Assembly (NCBI GenBank): GCA_963921275.4 | Contig: OZ001293.3 | Span: 2,368,001 to 2,432,000, forward strand | From: an uncultured Hormoscilla sp. | Lineage (GTDB): Bacteria > Cyanobacteriota > Cyanobacteriia > Cyanobacteriales > Desertifilaceae | Direction of reading: 5' to 3' | DNA length: 64,000 bases | Shown here: piece after piece, positions 32,301 to 43,914 of the stretch | How the letters are laid out: each line of letters starts with the position of its first letter | Numbering within the stretch: the first letter of the stretch is position 1 | Made by a program: the position numbers and the translations under genes | Notes under the pieces: generated by a model | Databases searched by the model: none | The model's input: the letters and a program-made list of their open reading frames with translations, nothing else | What the model was told of the DNA's origin: nothing

Positions 32301-33305
32301 CTACTTGGCGGCGTAGATCGCCCAATCGTAGGCCGCCCGGGCGATCTGAGCAATCACCTGCTCCTTCGTGTCGAACGACGCCTTGTTGCAGTTGTAGACC
32401 GCGATGACGAGAACCTCTCCATCGGGGAGGCGGATCCATCCGACATCGTTGACCGAGTCATGACCGGTTCCGGTCTTGTCACCCACAACAGTGCCCGGCG
32501 GCAACATGCCCTGCAAACGGGCTTTGCCGGTGCGGGTTTGCTCCATAATGTCGATGAGAACTTCGGTGCGCTCTTTATCGAGAACTTTATTCGCCATAAA
32601 CTTCGACAAGAGCTGCACCATGGCGTCCGGCGTGGTCGTGTCGCGCTCGTCGTCCCAGAAGGAACTGTTGTCGAGCGGGCGAAGGAAGAAGTCCTCGTCT
32701 TGCTCATTGAGGAACTCTATGACTTCGTCAAAGTTGTCAAGATCGTAGGCATCCATGAACAGGTCGTTCAAATTGCGTTCAACGCTGATTTCCTCGACAC
32801 CCTGCTCTTGCACCCACGCCTCGACGCCTTTGGGGCCATACATGAGGCGCATCATCGTGTTCGGAGTGGTGTTGTCGCTGTCAACAATGGCCGTCCAGAT
32901 GAGATTGTAGAGCTTGGTCGTCGTTGGCGCCTGCGGGAACGTCAGGTTCACCGGCGACAGCACGGATAAGTCTTCATCGGTGATGGTGATCTGCTCTTCG
33001 AGCGTCAGTTTGCCTTGCGAAACAAGGTCGAGCGCCTCCATCGAAACGGGTATCTTCACGGTGCTCATCATCGGGAACCGATGATCGCCGTTGATGAGCG
33101 AGATCGGCTCTTCTCCTGCAAAGGCGATGCTCGCCCCAACACCGCTGTCCACTGGCTCAGGTACTTCGTCGTCCACAGTCTGGGCGATACGGGCCACCTC
33201 GGCCCGAAGCGTTTCCAGGCTATCGGCGAATGCTGGTTCAGGTCCTCCTACGACTTGAACCAAAGCTACGGATAGGAGGATAAGGAGGATAAGGGTTCGT
33301 TTCAT
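32301..33305 (-). CDS. Class A beta-lactamase-like serine hydrolase (foreign, atypical omega loop)
   Basis: Signal peptide; FPMMSTVK (SxxK), SDN, RDTTTP, DKTGTG and NDVG motifs. VERNLNDL stands where DRxE166 is expected. Confidence 0.88.
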   Translation of the reverse strand: MKRTLILLILLSVALVQVVGGPEPAFADSLETLRAEVARIAQTVDDEVPEPVDSGVGASIAFAGEEPISLINGDHRFPMMSTVKIPVSMEALDLVSQGKLTLEEQITITDEDLSVLSPVNLTFPQAPTTTKLYNLIWTAIVDSDNTTPNTMMRLMYGPKGVEAWVQEQGVEEISVERNLNDLFMDAYDLDNFDEVIEFLNEQDEDFFLRPLDNSSFWDDERDTTTPDAMVQLLSKFMANKVLDKERTEVLIDIMEQTRTGKARLQGMLPPGTVVGDKTGTGHDSVNDVGWIRLPDGEVLVIAVYNCNKASFDTKEQVIAQIARAAYDWAIYAAK

Positions 33306-33592
33306 GATCTACTTCTCGAAGGTGTCAAGTTTTCTTCCGTAAATGGGCCGCTCTATTTGCAGATCGCCCCGTGAGGTCCTCAGGCAAATCAGGATTGGCA
33401 TCGTCTCCCAAATCAACGCTATGCAAGGAGCTACGATCATAAAGTAGTCCATAAAGTGGGGGATGTCAATGAACTCGTGCTGCTGAATTCCTATCGGGCG
33501 AGCACGGCGAGCACTCAAAAGCTAAGGTGCAATTCGGTAACCCATCGTTGTACCGGTATGTTGTCTAACTCGTTATTGGAGTGAACTGTTCC

Positions 33593-33703
33593 GCATAACA
33601 CCCATATTTGGGGGATTAGGTGGCAAATTTTCTACCTAACTACCCGATTGAGGTGTTTAGGTGGAAATACGCCAGCCTAACGTCCCTATTAGGGTGATTA
33701 GGT
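33593..33703. repeat. Three degenerate 41-bp-period hairpin units (RCMTAAC...TTAGGT)
   Basis: Units start at 33593, 33634 and 33675. Confidence 0.65.
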
Positions 33704-33792
33704 AGACGAGTTCAGTATAATCATCCCTCCTATGAGCACTTGAATTGCTTAGGGTTTGTTTATCATCCTGGTTGGTGTACTACCCGATGCAA

Positions 33793-33952
33793 GGGACTTG
33801 CGGTTTAATAATGTACCAACGACTTCGCTACTGGACTGTCTGGGTTAAACTTGCAAGCACGGCCCGGCTAAAGTTCAAAACCCCCGCCTAATCAGCTTAA
33901 GTCGTCTTGAGACGACTGAGGTTATTCGGTACTTTATTTCTGCGCAAGTCCC
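33793..33952 (+). mobile_element. MITE family B, right copy (direct orientation)
   Basis: Identical to 32075-32234 apart from one substitution seen by eye (cttaag vs cttgag). Confidence 0.9.
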
Positions 33953-34543
33953 TAATCATCGGATAAGGCAAGTTAACTACATAGATCAACCCAGCTGCAC
34001 CCAACAACAGGGCCGCTGGCCACTTCATTTTGCTCAAGGCCGACGGTGGACGGTTAGCTTTAGCAGCTGCTTTCAGGGCTTTTTCGCTAAACTGGGGAAA
34101 CACATCGACAACTGTGTCTCGCAGTTCTTCCTCTTGGGCGGGGTCGCCTTTTTGCAGACGCAGCTTTTCTAAGCGCTCCATCACAATCGACTTCTCGGTT
34201 TGGCTTAACCTATCTGTGCCAGCACATTGGTCAACTTCTGCTCGCAGGATAAAATAAGCACGCTTATTCAGACGGGATATCGATTTCACCCCTACTGCTC
34301 TTGTGATGAAAGTATTTTGAGTTTATTATTTCATCGATAGAATATCAACCGCATTTATAATCGTGCCAGTTGTCAATTGTGAATTGAGCACCGGCGATCT
34401 AAAGACAGCTGCTCATAGGGCAACCAGCGTCGGTCACCGAACGGGCGATCGGGCCGGGCGGGTGTTTGTTCGAGTTGGAAGCCCTTGACAGGGATGATAG
34501 AATGAGGAAATTATAGCCTCAAGTGACACCGCAGGCGAGTTAT

Positions 34544-36456
34544 ATGTTGAAATATCTACGCAATGCAAGGCTTGGTAAAATTTCTTTTCGCGACATCAGA
34601 TCTTACTGTGGCGCATTTTATTGCTGAGTATACCAGTGCTGTTGCTGGGGCAATATGTGACCTACAGAAAGGCCCGTTCGACGCTGCTGGAAACAGCCAG
34701 CCAAAATCTTACCGAAAGCGCGATCAGAGAGGGTAGTCGTATTGAAGAGGCGATCGCCGCTTGGCAAAGCAACCTGCTGACAGGGACGAAAACCTCACTA
34801 TTGCAGTCTGGTAACCTAGAGGCATCTGCACAATACTTAAAGCATCTGGCATCTTTATGGCCAGTGGACTGTCTGCAATTACAGGATATCAAGACGGGGG
34901 CGATCGCCGCTAGTACCTGTGGCGATCGGACTATCGCCCCAGTGAAGTTGTCGCCTCCAGACAAGGCAGCGGTACAGGTAGTATTGCCAGAGACAGCATC
35001 AGCTAGTGAGATTGATTAGCAAAACCAACTTGACTTGATTTTGAGTGCGCCTGTCTCTGACAAGCAGGGGAATGGACACCTCCAGTTAGTGGTTGAGTCG
35101 GTTTTGCCGCTATAGGTGACAGATGAGCCTAAGTCTCTGACAGGCTATACGGTGGAGATCGACCAAGATGGCACTATTATAGCCCATCCCGACTTAGAGC
35201 GGGTGGGACAAAATATTGCCTCCGAGAAAAATGGGGAGACCCGGAAAAGACTCTCAAGTCTGGTCAAAAATGCGATCGGGGGGGAAAAATATTTTCAGCA
35301 TGTCTCTGGTTTTGATGATAGCGGCAAGGAATTACTGGCGGGCTACAGTGCGATCGACAGTCCCACAGATAGGACTAACGGCAAATGGGTGATTTTAGTT
35401 GTCACCAGATTTGGATAACGCTCTGTTTGGTTTCCAAGAAATCCTGCGAAGTCTGATCGATCCGATCTTACTCTTGATTGCGGCTAATCTGGTGGCAACC
35501 CTAATTCTGGCACAGGACCTGGCGCGTCCGATGGAAAAACTGGGAGAGTATGCCCGCAATACCGAAGGCCAGGAAGCAACGGATCCCATCCTCCACAATT
35601 TTAATATCAAAGAGTTCAATCAACTAGCTCTGGCCCTTAACAGTATGGTCTCGTGCCTGAAAGCTTGGGCCGAGGAGTTGATTTCGACATGGCAAGAAGC
35701 CAAAGTAGCTAACCAGCTGAAAAATGAGTTTCTCGCCAGTATCTCTCACGAGTTGAGAACACCCCTCAATACTATTATTGGTTCCGTGCGCTTGGTACTG
35801 GATGACTACTGTGATGATAGAGAGGAAGAAAAGCTGTTTCTGCAACAGGTGTATGATGGGACGATTCGCCTGCTGGAAATTATTGATGATATTCTCGACC
35901 TCGATAAATTTGAAGCGGGTACTCTTTCTGTCGATCTGGAACGGGTCGATCTGCTAGAGGTACTCAAGGAAACAGTCAATTTACAGATGGTTCAGATTCA
36001 GCAAAAAAGCTTACAGTTGAATTGGCATAAGTCCACAGAGGCGATCGCAGTCCAGGCCGATCGGGCCAAGCTCAAGCAGGTGTTCCTGAATGTCCTGAGT
36101 AACGCTATTAAGTTCACTAAAACTGGCAGCATCACCATTACCACCCGGATAGCAGCCCCAAGCTCTAGTTCTGAGGGTGAAACCTATGTTAATGTTGCTA
36201 TCCTAGATATTGGCATTGGTGTTGACAAAAGTAATCAGTCTAAACTGTTTCAGCCCTTGTGATGGCTGATGGTAGCAGAACTCGTGAGTTTGGAGGTGCA
36301 GGACTGGGATTAGCAATTTCGCGGAACTTGATGGAACTTATGCATGGCAGCATTACTCTCTCTAGTGAGGGTAAAGATCAGGGCAGTACAGTCGAGATCG
36401 CATTGCCTGTGATTAAAACTTCGCTGTTACCTAAACCCACATCATCCCCACCCTAA
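34544..36456 (+). pseudogene. Sensor histidine kinase with multiple stops and frameshifts
   Basis: Pieces carry TM/Cache, FLASISHELRTPL, NVLSNAIKFT, DIGIG and GAGLGLAIS, split over at least four ORFs. Confidence 0.88.
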
Positions 36457-36540
36457 AAGGTGGGGCTACACAAACAAAGCCCGCCTGCCCGGGCTATGCG
36501 GGCGCTGTTACCTAAACCTAGATTCCCTGACAATAAAACT

Positions 36541-37167
36541 ATGTCTTACAGTGATTTTACCCTGACAGAACTGGAAAATAAATTTAACCTGATTATTCAG
36601 GAAAGAGTAGAATTGTTTCCGGCAGTAGAACCTGTCAATCCTAGTCCAATTTTGAAAGAGGTTCTAGCAGAAAATATTCCTCTAGCTTTAGAAATAAATA
36701 CAGAGAAAGCACGATCAAAAATGATAGTGGCTCCAATTTTGATTGAAATCAGGAAAATTTTTCAACGTCAAATCAGCTTGTTTTCAGGAAGAGATTTTAA
36801 TATAGATAAAGAAAAGGGACTGAACGGTAGATGTGATTTCCTCATCAGTCATTCCCCTAGACAGTTGGAAGTTACGGCACCTGTTGCTATGCTAGTTGAG
36901 GCCAAAAATGATAATCTGCAATCGGCAATCCCTCAGTGCATTGCGGAAACGATCGCTGCTCAAATCTTTAACGAACAGAAGCAGAATAATATTCCTTGTA
37001 TTTATGGTGGAGTGACAACAGGAAGTCTCTGGCAATTTCTCAAATTAGAAGCAAATACTGTTTATATTGAGGCTGGAGAACATTTTATTGGTAATATAGA
37101 ATTGCTGCTCGGTATTCTCTCACAGATAATTCATACTACTCTGCCCCGATCGATGTCATGCAATTAA
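36541..37167 (+). CDS. PD-(D/E)xK-like hypothetical protein (cyanobacterial MSYSDFTL family)
   Basis: TEKARS, GRCDFLI, VEAKND, QCIAE..AAQIFN and TTGSLWQF motifs. Confidence 0.7.
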   Translation: MSYSDFTLTELENKFNLIIQERVELFPAVEPVNPSPILKEVLAENIPLALEINTEKARSKMIVAPILIEIRKIFQRQISLFSGRDFNIDKEKGLNGRCDFLISHSPRQLEVTAPVAMLVEAKNDNLQSAIPQCIAETIAAQIFNEQKQNNIPCIYGGVTTGSLWQFLKLEANTVYIEAGEHFIGNIELLLGILSQIIHTTLPRSMSCN

Positions 37168-37214
37168 CAATTTTTATCCCAGGGAATAAACATCAAGCTG
37201 TTTTGGGTATTCTG

Positions 37215-37463
37215 TCATTCCCACTCTTCTTCATCCCAACTATGTGTAATAATATTATCGATTAGCAATTGGTCATCTCCATTTTCTGCCATTATCCTAA
37301 ATGCACTTTCCCATTCATGACGAGGGGGCCGTACTGGTGATATCACTAAACGGCTGTTTTCTACGGTAATTTAGACTGTTTTACCGAACCCGCACTCTTG
37401 AAGCATTGGTTTGGGGATTTTTATACATTGCTCCTTGCCAATGCGAATTAACTGGGCTTTCAT
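37215..37463 (-). pseudogene. AbrB/MazE-type antitoxin with internal stop, followed by a MazF-like start stub
   Basis: MKAQLIRIGKEQCIKIPKPMLQECGFGKTV*ITVENSRLVISP...WDEEEWE*. An ATGA-coupled MTEYPKQLDVYSLG* follows. Confidence 0.75.
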
Positions 37464-37663
37464 TTTTGTTCTCCCATACTCAACTGTCTAAGTGAATACT
37501 TGGTAATTATATCACAATATGACCCTCCCTTCGTCACCGATGACCTTAAGAGACTCATTATCTGACCCTCCCTTCGTCACCTATGACCTTCCGAAAGTCA
37601 TCGGCACATCCGAGATCCTAAATCATAATAATCGGTACCGAATTTCGCCGCAAGTCCCTTAAT

Positions 37664-38036
37664 TCAAAATTGAGATGCTTCCAGATCCTGAGCTTTTTGC
37701 TTGTCGGCGTGAGCCCCCTCAACATCGCCCAACTTACGGCGGGCCTGGCTGCGGAGCCGATAGGCTGCGGGAAAGTTTGGTTTGAGCTTGATGGCTTGAC
37801 TGGTATCAGCGATCGCCTCTTCGTAGTCCTGTAACATCATATTTGCGCGAGCACGTGTGAGGTAAGCATTGGCATCCCGCCGGGTTCTGTTGCAACGCTT
37901 CGTTAGCCCTGCGGCGTCTTCCGCATGCTCTTGTCCTGAAGGACTCGGCATGCGGAAGACACCGATCGAACATCTGAGCGGTCCTCAGGGCATTAGCTTT
38001 GAGGGAGTCTTCCTTTGCTCCCTGTTCGTCACCCAT
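37664..38036 (-). pseudogene. TPR protein fragment, foreign-looking
   Basis: AYLTRARA...DYEEAIAD...AIKLKP..AAYRLR; frames are broken. Confidence 0.6.
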
Positions 38037-38178
38037 CCGACGAAGAACCGTACTCCGAATTAGATATTACTTCCCGCCTACCGACTGATTTAAGGGATAA
38101 TAACTCGGCTGATTAAAATCCGCTTGGCCATAGATTTCATAAGTACTTTGCTGCATAGATTTTCTGCCCCTCAGCAAC

Positions 38179-38457
38179 TCATGTTTCATCTTTATACTTT
38201 CTGACTACGAAGGAGTTATCATTCTGGTGAGAACGACTTAGTTCCTGAGCTTGATTAACTGCCGTTTTCAGGTTATCGTAGGGACCGGACCATAAATACT
38301 TCTTCAATAACCGGTCATATCCGGCTAGAGAACCGAACACGACATAATAAACACCATACAGTTCGCCATTACTTCCAGTTATCTTTCTGAGCACGAGCGA
38401 TCCTTTCCTCCTTATCTTAACTTCCCTGCTGCTTCGGAGGCAGTTTTTTGAGGACAT
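38179..38457 (-). CDS. Hypothetical protein or fragment
   Basis: 92-aa ORF with no recognised family. Confidence 0.3.
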   Translation of the reverse strand: MSSKNCLRSSREVKIRRKGSLVLRKITGSNGELYGVYYVVFGSLAGYDRLLKKYLWSGPYDNLKTAVNQAQELSRSHQNDNSFVVRKYKDET

Positions 38458-38662
38458 TGCTTGAGTAATGTATTACCAGATACATTTTTTTGAAGATATC
38501 CTGCTAATATTCATAAGTAGATTGAGAAAATTCTTCGAGGCGGTTGGGTGACAATAGTGACAAGATTATCTGTAGAGTATGAGCAATGGTGTGGTTGGGA
38601 AAATCGGCTATGAAGCTAAATCGGCATCTGTTGGCCATATTGATAGCATCACATCCAAGGCG

Positions 38663-38678
38663 ATGGGATATAGTATAC
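38663..38678 (+). CDS. Exon 1 of an AbrB-family membrane protein (M-G-Y-S-I + 1 nt)
   Basis: ATG GGA TAT AGT ATA C joins CA CAG ATC... at 41917 in frame. AAGG lies just upstream. Confidence 0.75.
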
Positions 38679-38916
38679 GTGCGATTCGTTTAGCGTAAAC
38701 TAACTTGACACAAGTCAAGGAGGGGGACCGCTACCGGGATTTCGTAAGTCCCGAGAACTTACAGGTGATGGTGGTGAAAGCCCGCCCCTCCAGGTGCAGG
38801 AGTGACAGCACCCTCCCCACGGTAGCGATGGCATCAATCCGTGAAGCGGGAAGGAAAGGCGCTATGGCTGGGAGCCTAGACCGGTCATCGTCGAGCAAGT
38901 AACTATGATGAGCGTA

Positions 38917-39750
<834 letters not shown>

Positions 39751-40113
39751 TAAGCGAAGGTTTGCAACGTCGTAAAGCCTATCCAGTGTAATAAGGCTGA
39801 TACACTGGCCCAAAAAGGGAAAGGATACTGGTCATTGGCGGATGTATACCCGACCAATAAGCACTGACAATAAACCCGGCGTAGAGAACCCGTCTAAGGT
39901 TACGACCAATCATCTGTAGGAACGAAGTAACCCGGTTGTAGCACTCTCCATCACCGGTCGATAGATGGAGTAGCCACCACAGGCGTAACATCTGCTCTCC
40001 GGAAGGCAGGACGCAACTGGGGGAGATTGAGTGGAGAAGCAAATGCCTGTCTGTAATGGATAGGATAAGCTGACGCCCTCACGGTCTCGTCAATTGTGAA
40101 GTTGTAAGTAGTA

Positions 40114-41910
40114 GTGAATATGTCACGGAACTTAGTCGAAAGACAAGAGTATGAATGGAAGACTGTCGCCTGGCGAAAGCTGGAAAGGATAGTTTTTAAG
40201 CTGCAAAAGCGAATTTACAGAGCGGCACTGGAAGGTAATAAGCAGAAGGTTCGTAAGCTCCAAGGATTACTAAATAGGTCATGGTCCGCGAAGATGATAG
40301 CGGTACGGCAGGTAACACAACAAAACCAGGGAAAGAAGACGGCTGGTGTGGATGGTGTGAAAGCACTGACCCCAAAAGAACGTATCGAACTGGTAGGTCA
40401 AATCAAAGTTACTCGAAAGGCGAAGGCAAAAGCCACACGAAGAGTGTGGATACCGAAGCCACGAAGGGAGGAGAAGCGGCCATTAGGAATACCAACGATG
40501 CACGACCGCGCACTTCAGGGATTGGTTAAAGAAGCGCTAGAGCCTGAATGGGAAGCGTATATGGAAGCCAATTCCTACGGGTTTAGACCAGGTAGGGGAT
40601 GTCATGATGCAGTTGCAGCGATATTCGCTAGCATCAGTCAAAAATCGAAATGGGTGTTAGATGCGGATATTGCGAAGTGTTTCGACGAAATTGACCATTC
40701 CGCGCTCCTAAAGAAATTGAATACTACGTCACCAATCCGTAAACAAATACGGGCATGGCTAAAAGCTGGGGTGATGGACCGGGGAAGGATGGAATCCACA
40801 GAAGCCGGAACTCCCCAAGGTGGGGTTATATCTCCATTACTAGCCAATATAGCTTTACATGGGCTGGAAGGGGTAGTAATGGGTCTCGCTCACACAAAAA
40901 GAGAGAAGGAGAAGTTAACCGTAGTAAGATATGCGGATGACTTTGTGGTAATACATAATGACCGGTCGATGATTGAGGAAGCTCAAGGAGTGATTGAGGA
41001 GTGGTTGAAGGGAATAGGGCTGGAGCAAAAAGCCGAGAAAACGAAGATATCCCACACATTGGAAGGAGAGAGCCCTGGATTTGACTTCTTAGGGTTCAAT
41101 ATCCGACAATATAAAGTAGGGAAACACAGAAGCGGCAAACTCTGTAACGGAACCCCCCTAGGATTCAAGACCCTAATCAAGCCTAGCGATAAATCCATAA
41201 GGAATCATAAAGAGCAGCTATCAGAGATAGTTCGCCGCCATAAAGGGGCACCGCAAACGGCCTTAATAGCAAGACTAAACCCGATGATAAGGGGATGGAG
41301 CAACTATTATAGGACGGTGGTAAGTAAAGAAACTTACAGCTCTATGGATAACTACTTATGGAAGTTGTTATGGCGATGGGCAAAGAGAAGACATCCTAAC
41401 AAAACGGGCAAATGGATTGCTAGTAAGTACTGGGGTATGACCGGGAAAGACCGGTGGAGGTTCGCTGGCAAGTCTAAAGAAGATGGAGGAATGAAGCTAA
41501 ACCGATACTCTGAAACTGAAATAATCAGACACGTAAAGGTTAAGGGGACAGCTAGCCCGTTTGACGGTAATCTGGTTTATTGGAGCAAAAGACTGAGAAA
41601 AAGCCCGGATGTGAGCGCTAGAGTTATCAGACTGCTAAAAGAGCAGGATGGTAAGTGTGTGCACTGCGGACTGAAATTCAAAGATGGCGACAAATGGGAG
41701 GTTGACCATATTCTACCAGTTTCTAAAGGAGGTAAAGACTGGTATACCAACCTACAGTTGCTGCATGATTATTGCCATGATGTAAAGTCTGCCAGAGATG
41801 GTGACAAAGGCCGTATCCATGACAAGGATGGCGAAACTGAGGAGCCGGATGAGGTGAAAGTCTCACGTCCGGTTCTGAAGACGAGTCGGCGGGGTGACCC
41901 GTTGGCTTAG
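40114..41910 (+). CDS. ltrA: Group II intron reverse transcriptase/maturase with HNH domain
   Basis: RPLGIPT, SYGFRPGR, GTPQGG, RYADDF, domain X (RGWSNYY) and CVHC..DHI..LHDYCH. Confidence 0.96.
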   Translation: MNMSRNLVERQEYEWKTVAWRKLERIVFKLQKRIYRAALEGNKQKVRKLQGLLNRSWSAKMIAVRQVTQQNQGKKTAGVDGVKALTPKERIELVGQIKVTRKAKAKATRRVWIPKPRREEKRPLGIPTMHDRALQGLVKEALEPEWEAYMEANSYGFRPGRGCHDAVAAIFASISQKSKWVLDADIAKCFDEIDHSALLKKLNTTSPIRKQIRAWLKAGVMDRGRMESTEAGTPQGGVISPLLANIALHGLEGVVMGLAHTKREKEKLTVVRYADDFVVIHNDRSMIEEAQGVIEEWLKGIGLEQKAEKTKISHTLEGESPGFDFLGFNIRQYKVGKHRSGKLCNGTPLGFKTLIKPSDKSIRNHKEQLSEIVRRHKGAPQTALIARLNPMIRGWSNYYRTVVSKETYSSMDNYLWKLLWRWAKRRHPNKTGKWIASKYWGMTGKDRWRFAGKSKEDGGMKLNRYSETEIIRHVKVKGTASPFDGNLVYWSKRLRKSPDVSARVIRLLKEQDGKCVHCGLKFKDGDKWEVDHILPVSKGGKDWYTNLQLLHDYCHDVKSARDGDKGRIHDKDGETEEPDEVKVSRPVLKTSRRGDPLA

Positions 41911-41916
41911 TTTAAT

Positions 41917-42989
41917 CACAGATCGCAAAAATTAGCACGCAGCTAGCAGTTGCCATTGTAGCAGGCTTACTATGCAACTGGCTGTATGTTCCAGTAGGTT
42001 GGCTAATCGGTCCCATGCTGGTGGGAATTGCCTATGCTCTGATCCAGGGTAACCCCCAACCGCTACCAGCAGCTTTTATGAGCGTGGGGCAAGCAGTAAT
42101 TGCGATCGCCACCGCTGCTGGCTTTGACTACGAGACATTGGCAAAGGCAACAACCTATGCAATACCGCTACTACTATGTATAATAATCACTGGCAGCCTG
42201 AGTTTGTGCAACGGCTACCTGTTATGGCGCTGGGCTGGTATTGATTGGGCTACGGGTTTTTTGGGTTCTATCCCTGGTGCCAGTCATAGTCTGGTGGCCA
42301 TGAGTGAAGAAATGGGGGCTGACGCGATCGCAGTTGCCCTACTTCAGTATATACGGGTGTTGCTAGTAAGCTTAATCATACCAACTCTAGCTAGCTTATT
42401 TTTTCCCATCGACGCAAGCGCCCCAGCTGTAACAACCATACCAACAGAAAGCCACCTACCAATGTGGTTGAACCTATTCGTCCTAGTTGCCTGCGGCGGC
42501 TTAGGAATTTGGGGGGGACGCTGGTTACGCTTGCCCGCGTCGATGTTCTTAGGTCCCTTTCTGGCCGGGCTAGTCGCAGTTTGGACCCTGCCACAGCAGT
42601 TACAGATGCCCGATGTCTTTTTCACAGCAGGACTGCTGCTAGTGGGACTCTCCATTGGTCTCAAGTTTGACTGGGAAACCACCCGCAAACTTTTCAAAGC
42701 GGTTTTGCTGGAGGTAGCTTTAGTGATACTATTGATTCTGATTTGTCTGGGAGTGGGATATGAGTTCCATCTGGTCACGCAAGTTGATACAATGACCTCC
42801 GTATTAGGTTGCACTCCCGGAGGGATAACTGCAATGATAGCTACTGTTATCCAGCTGGGTGGTGATTCTGGGTTAGTGCTAGCGATGCAGATGACCAGGA
42901 TGTTGCTGATTCTGCTGATTAGCCCTATTTTAGCGACTTTAATGGTTCAAAAGGCTGCTAGTTACGATTGTGAATCTCAGGGTAAATAA
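41917..42989 (+). CDS. Exon 2 of an AbrB-family membrane protein (spliced product 362 aa)
   Basis: Frame is open from the 3' splice site (QIAKISTQ...PVGWLIGPM). IPGA..MSEEMGAD and TPGG..M repeats are present. Confidence 0.85.
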
Positions 42990-43035
42990 AAACGAAGTAC
43001 AGAAGGTTTTCCTGAATAATTGTGGAGAGATTGCC

Positions 43036-43914
43036 ATGAATATGATGACAGCAGATAAATTACAGAGGGATTATTTACTCAATGACAAGCAGTGGTTGTC
43101 AATTTTGGACGGGGCCAAAAGCAGGCTGGAAGAGGACGGTTACTGGATATTTTAAGCCGGAAACACTGACAGAACGACTGTGCTGGAATTGGCCGATTGT
43201 TTCGGAAAGCGCCAAAGTCACGTACTCACAGATGGAGATGGCATTCACGAAGTTAGTACCAAGTCATATCACAAAAAAACGACAATTGTCAAGCAGCAAT
43301 ACCTGGGCAATACCAACAAAGAGCATAAACTGCACACATATGGAGTATATCTTGATGGAATAGCCAAAACAAAAGAAAGTCGTTTAGTCTCGGTTGTGCC
43401 ACCAGTACTGGTGCTAATGCTGCTGGCGCAGCCAGCAGCATCAGGCGGTGCTAGTCTGGTGTTGGACAGCAAACAGATGTTAGAAGACGCGCTGCACCAA
43501 GACCATGAGCTAGTAAAAGTATTGTTGCAGCCCTGTGTAGTCTATTCCCGAGATGACCAATGTGCAAGAACCCCAGTTTTTACCCGCATCGGTCTTGAAG
43601 GTTGGAGTATTCGCTGGCGTTATGACTTTGCAACTCTGGTAGAAGAGGATGCCTGCGATGCCCTCAAGCTTTTCTATGACAAGTACATATCCAACCCCAA
43701 GTACCTGAAGCGTTTTGAGTTACAAGCAGGAGATATTTTGGTGGTGGACAACTTGAGATGCATTCACGGTCGAGAAGCATTTACGAACTATCCAGAGAAA
43801 CCCCGCTTGCTGCGTAGAGTATGGGTTGGCGCGAAGGAGCAGCTGTTTGTGAACCCTCTGGGTCAAGCACAGCATAAACGGGTTTACGATCAATATCAGT
43901 CCTATAGCTGCCTA
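43036..43914 (+). pseudogene. TauD/clavaminate-synthase-like dioxygenase, frameshifted and IS-interrupted near its 3' end
   Basis: LHTYG (HxD degraded), GDILVVDNLRCIHGREAF and RLLRR motifs. Frame break near 43150. Confidence 0.78.

Larger units (their letters stand above)
32075..33952. mobile_element. Non-autonomous composite element: MITE - cargo - MITE, TSD TAA
   Basis: The intact paralog reads ggccacc-TAA-tcatcgg. Here TAA is at 32072-32074 and 33953-33955. Confidence 0.85.
31976..34289 (-). pseudogene. Partial tandem duplicate of the 5' end of 30470-31813, interrupted by a composite MITE element
   Basis: 31976-32074 plus 33956-~34430 match 31381-31975. Confidence 0.88.

Noticed and set aside
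33593..33703. Mini-CRISPR or canonical integron
   Set aside because: Units are too degenerate with ~14-nt gaps, there is no intI, and they are shorter than attC. Kept only as an attC-like motif.
40114..41910. Retron, DGR or defence RT
   Set aside because: It has maturase and HNH domains and lies within a complete group II intron.
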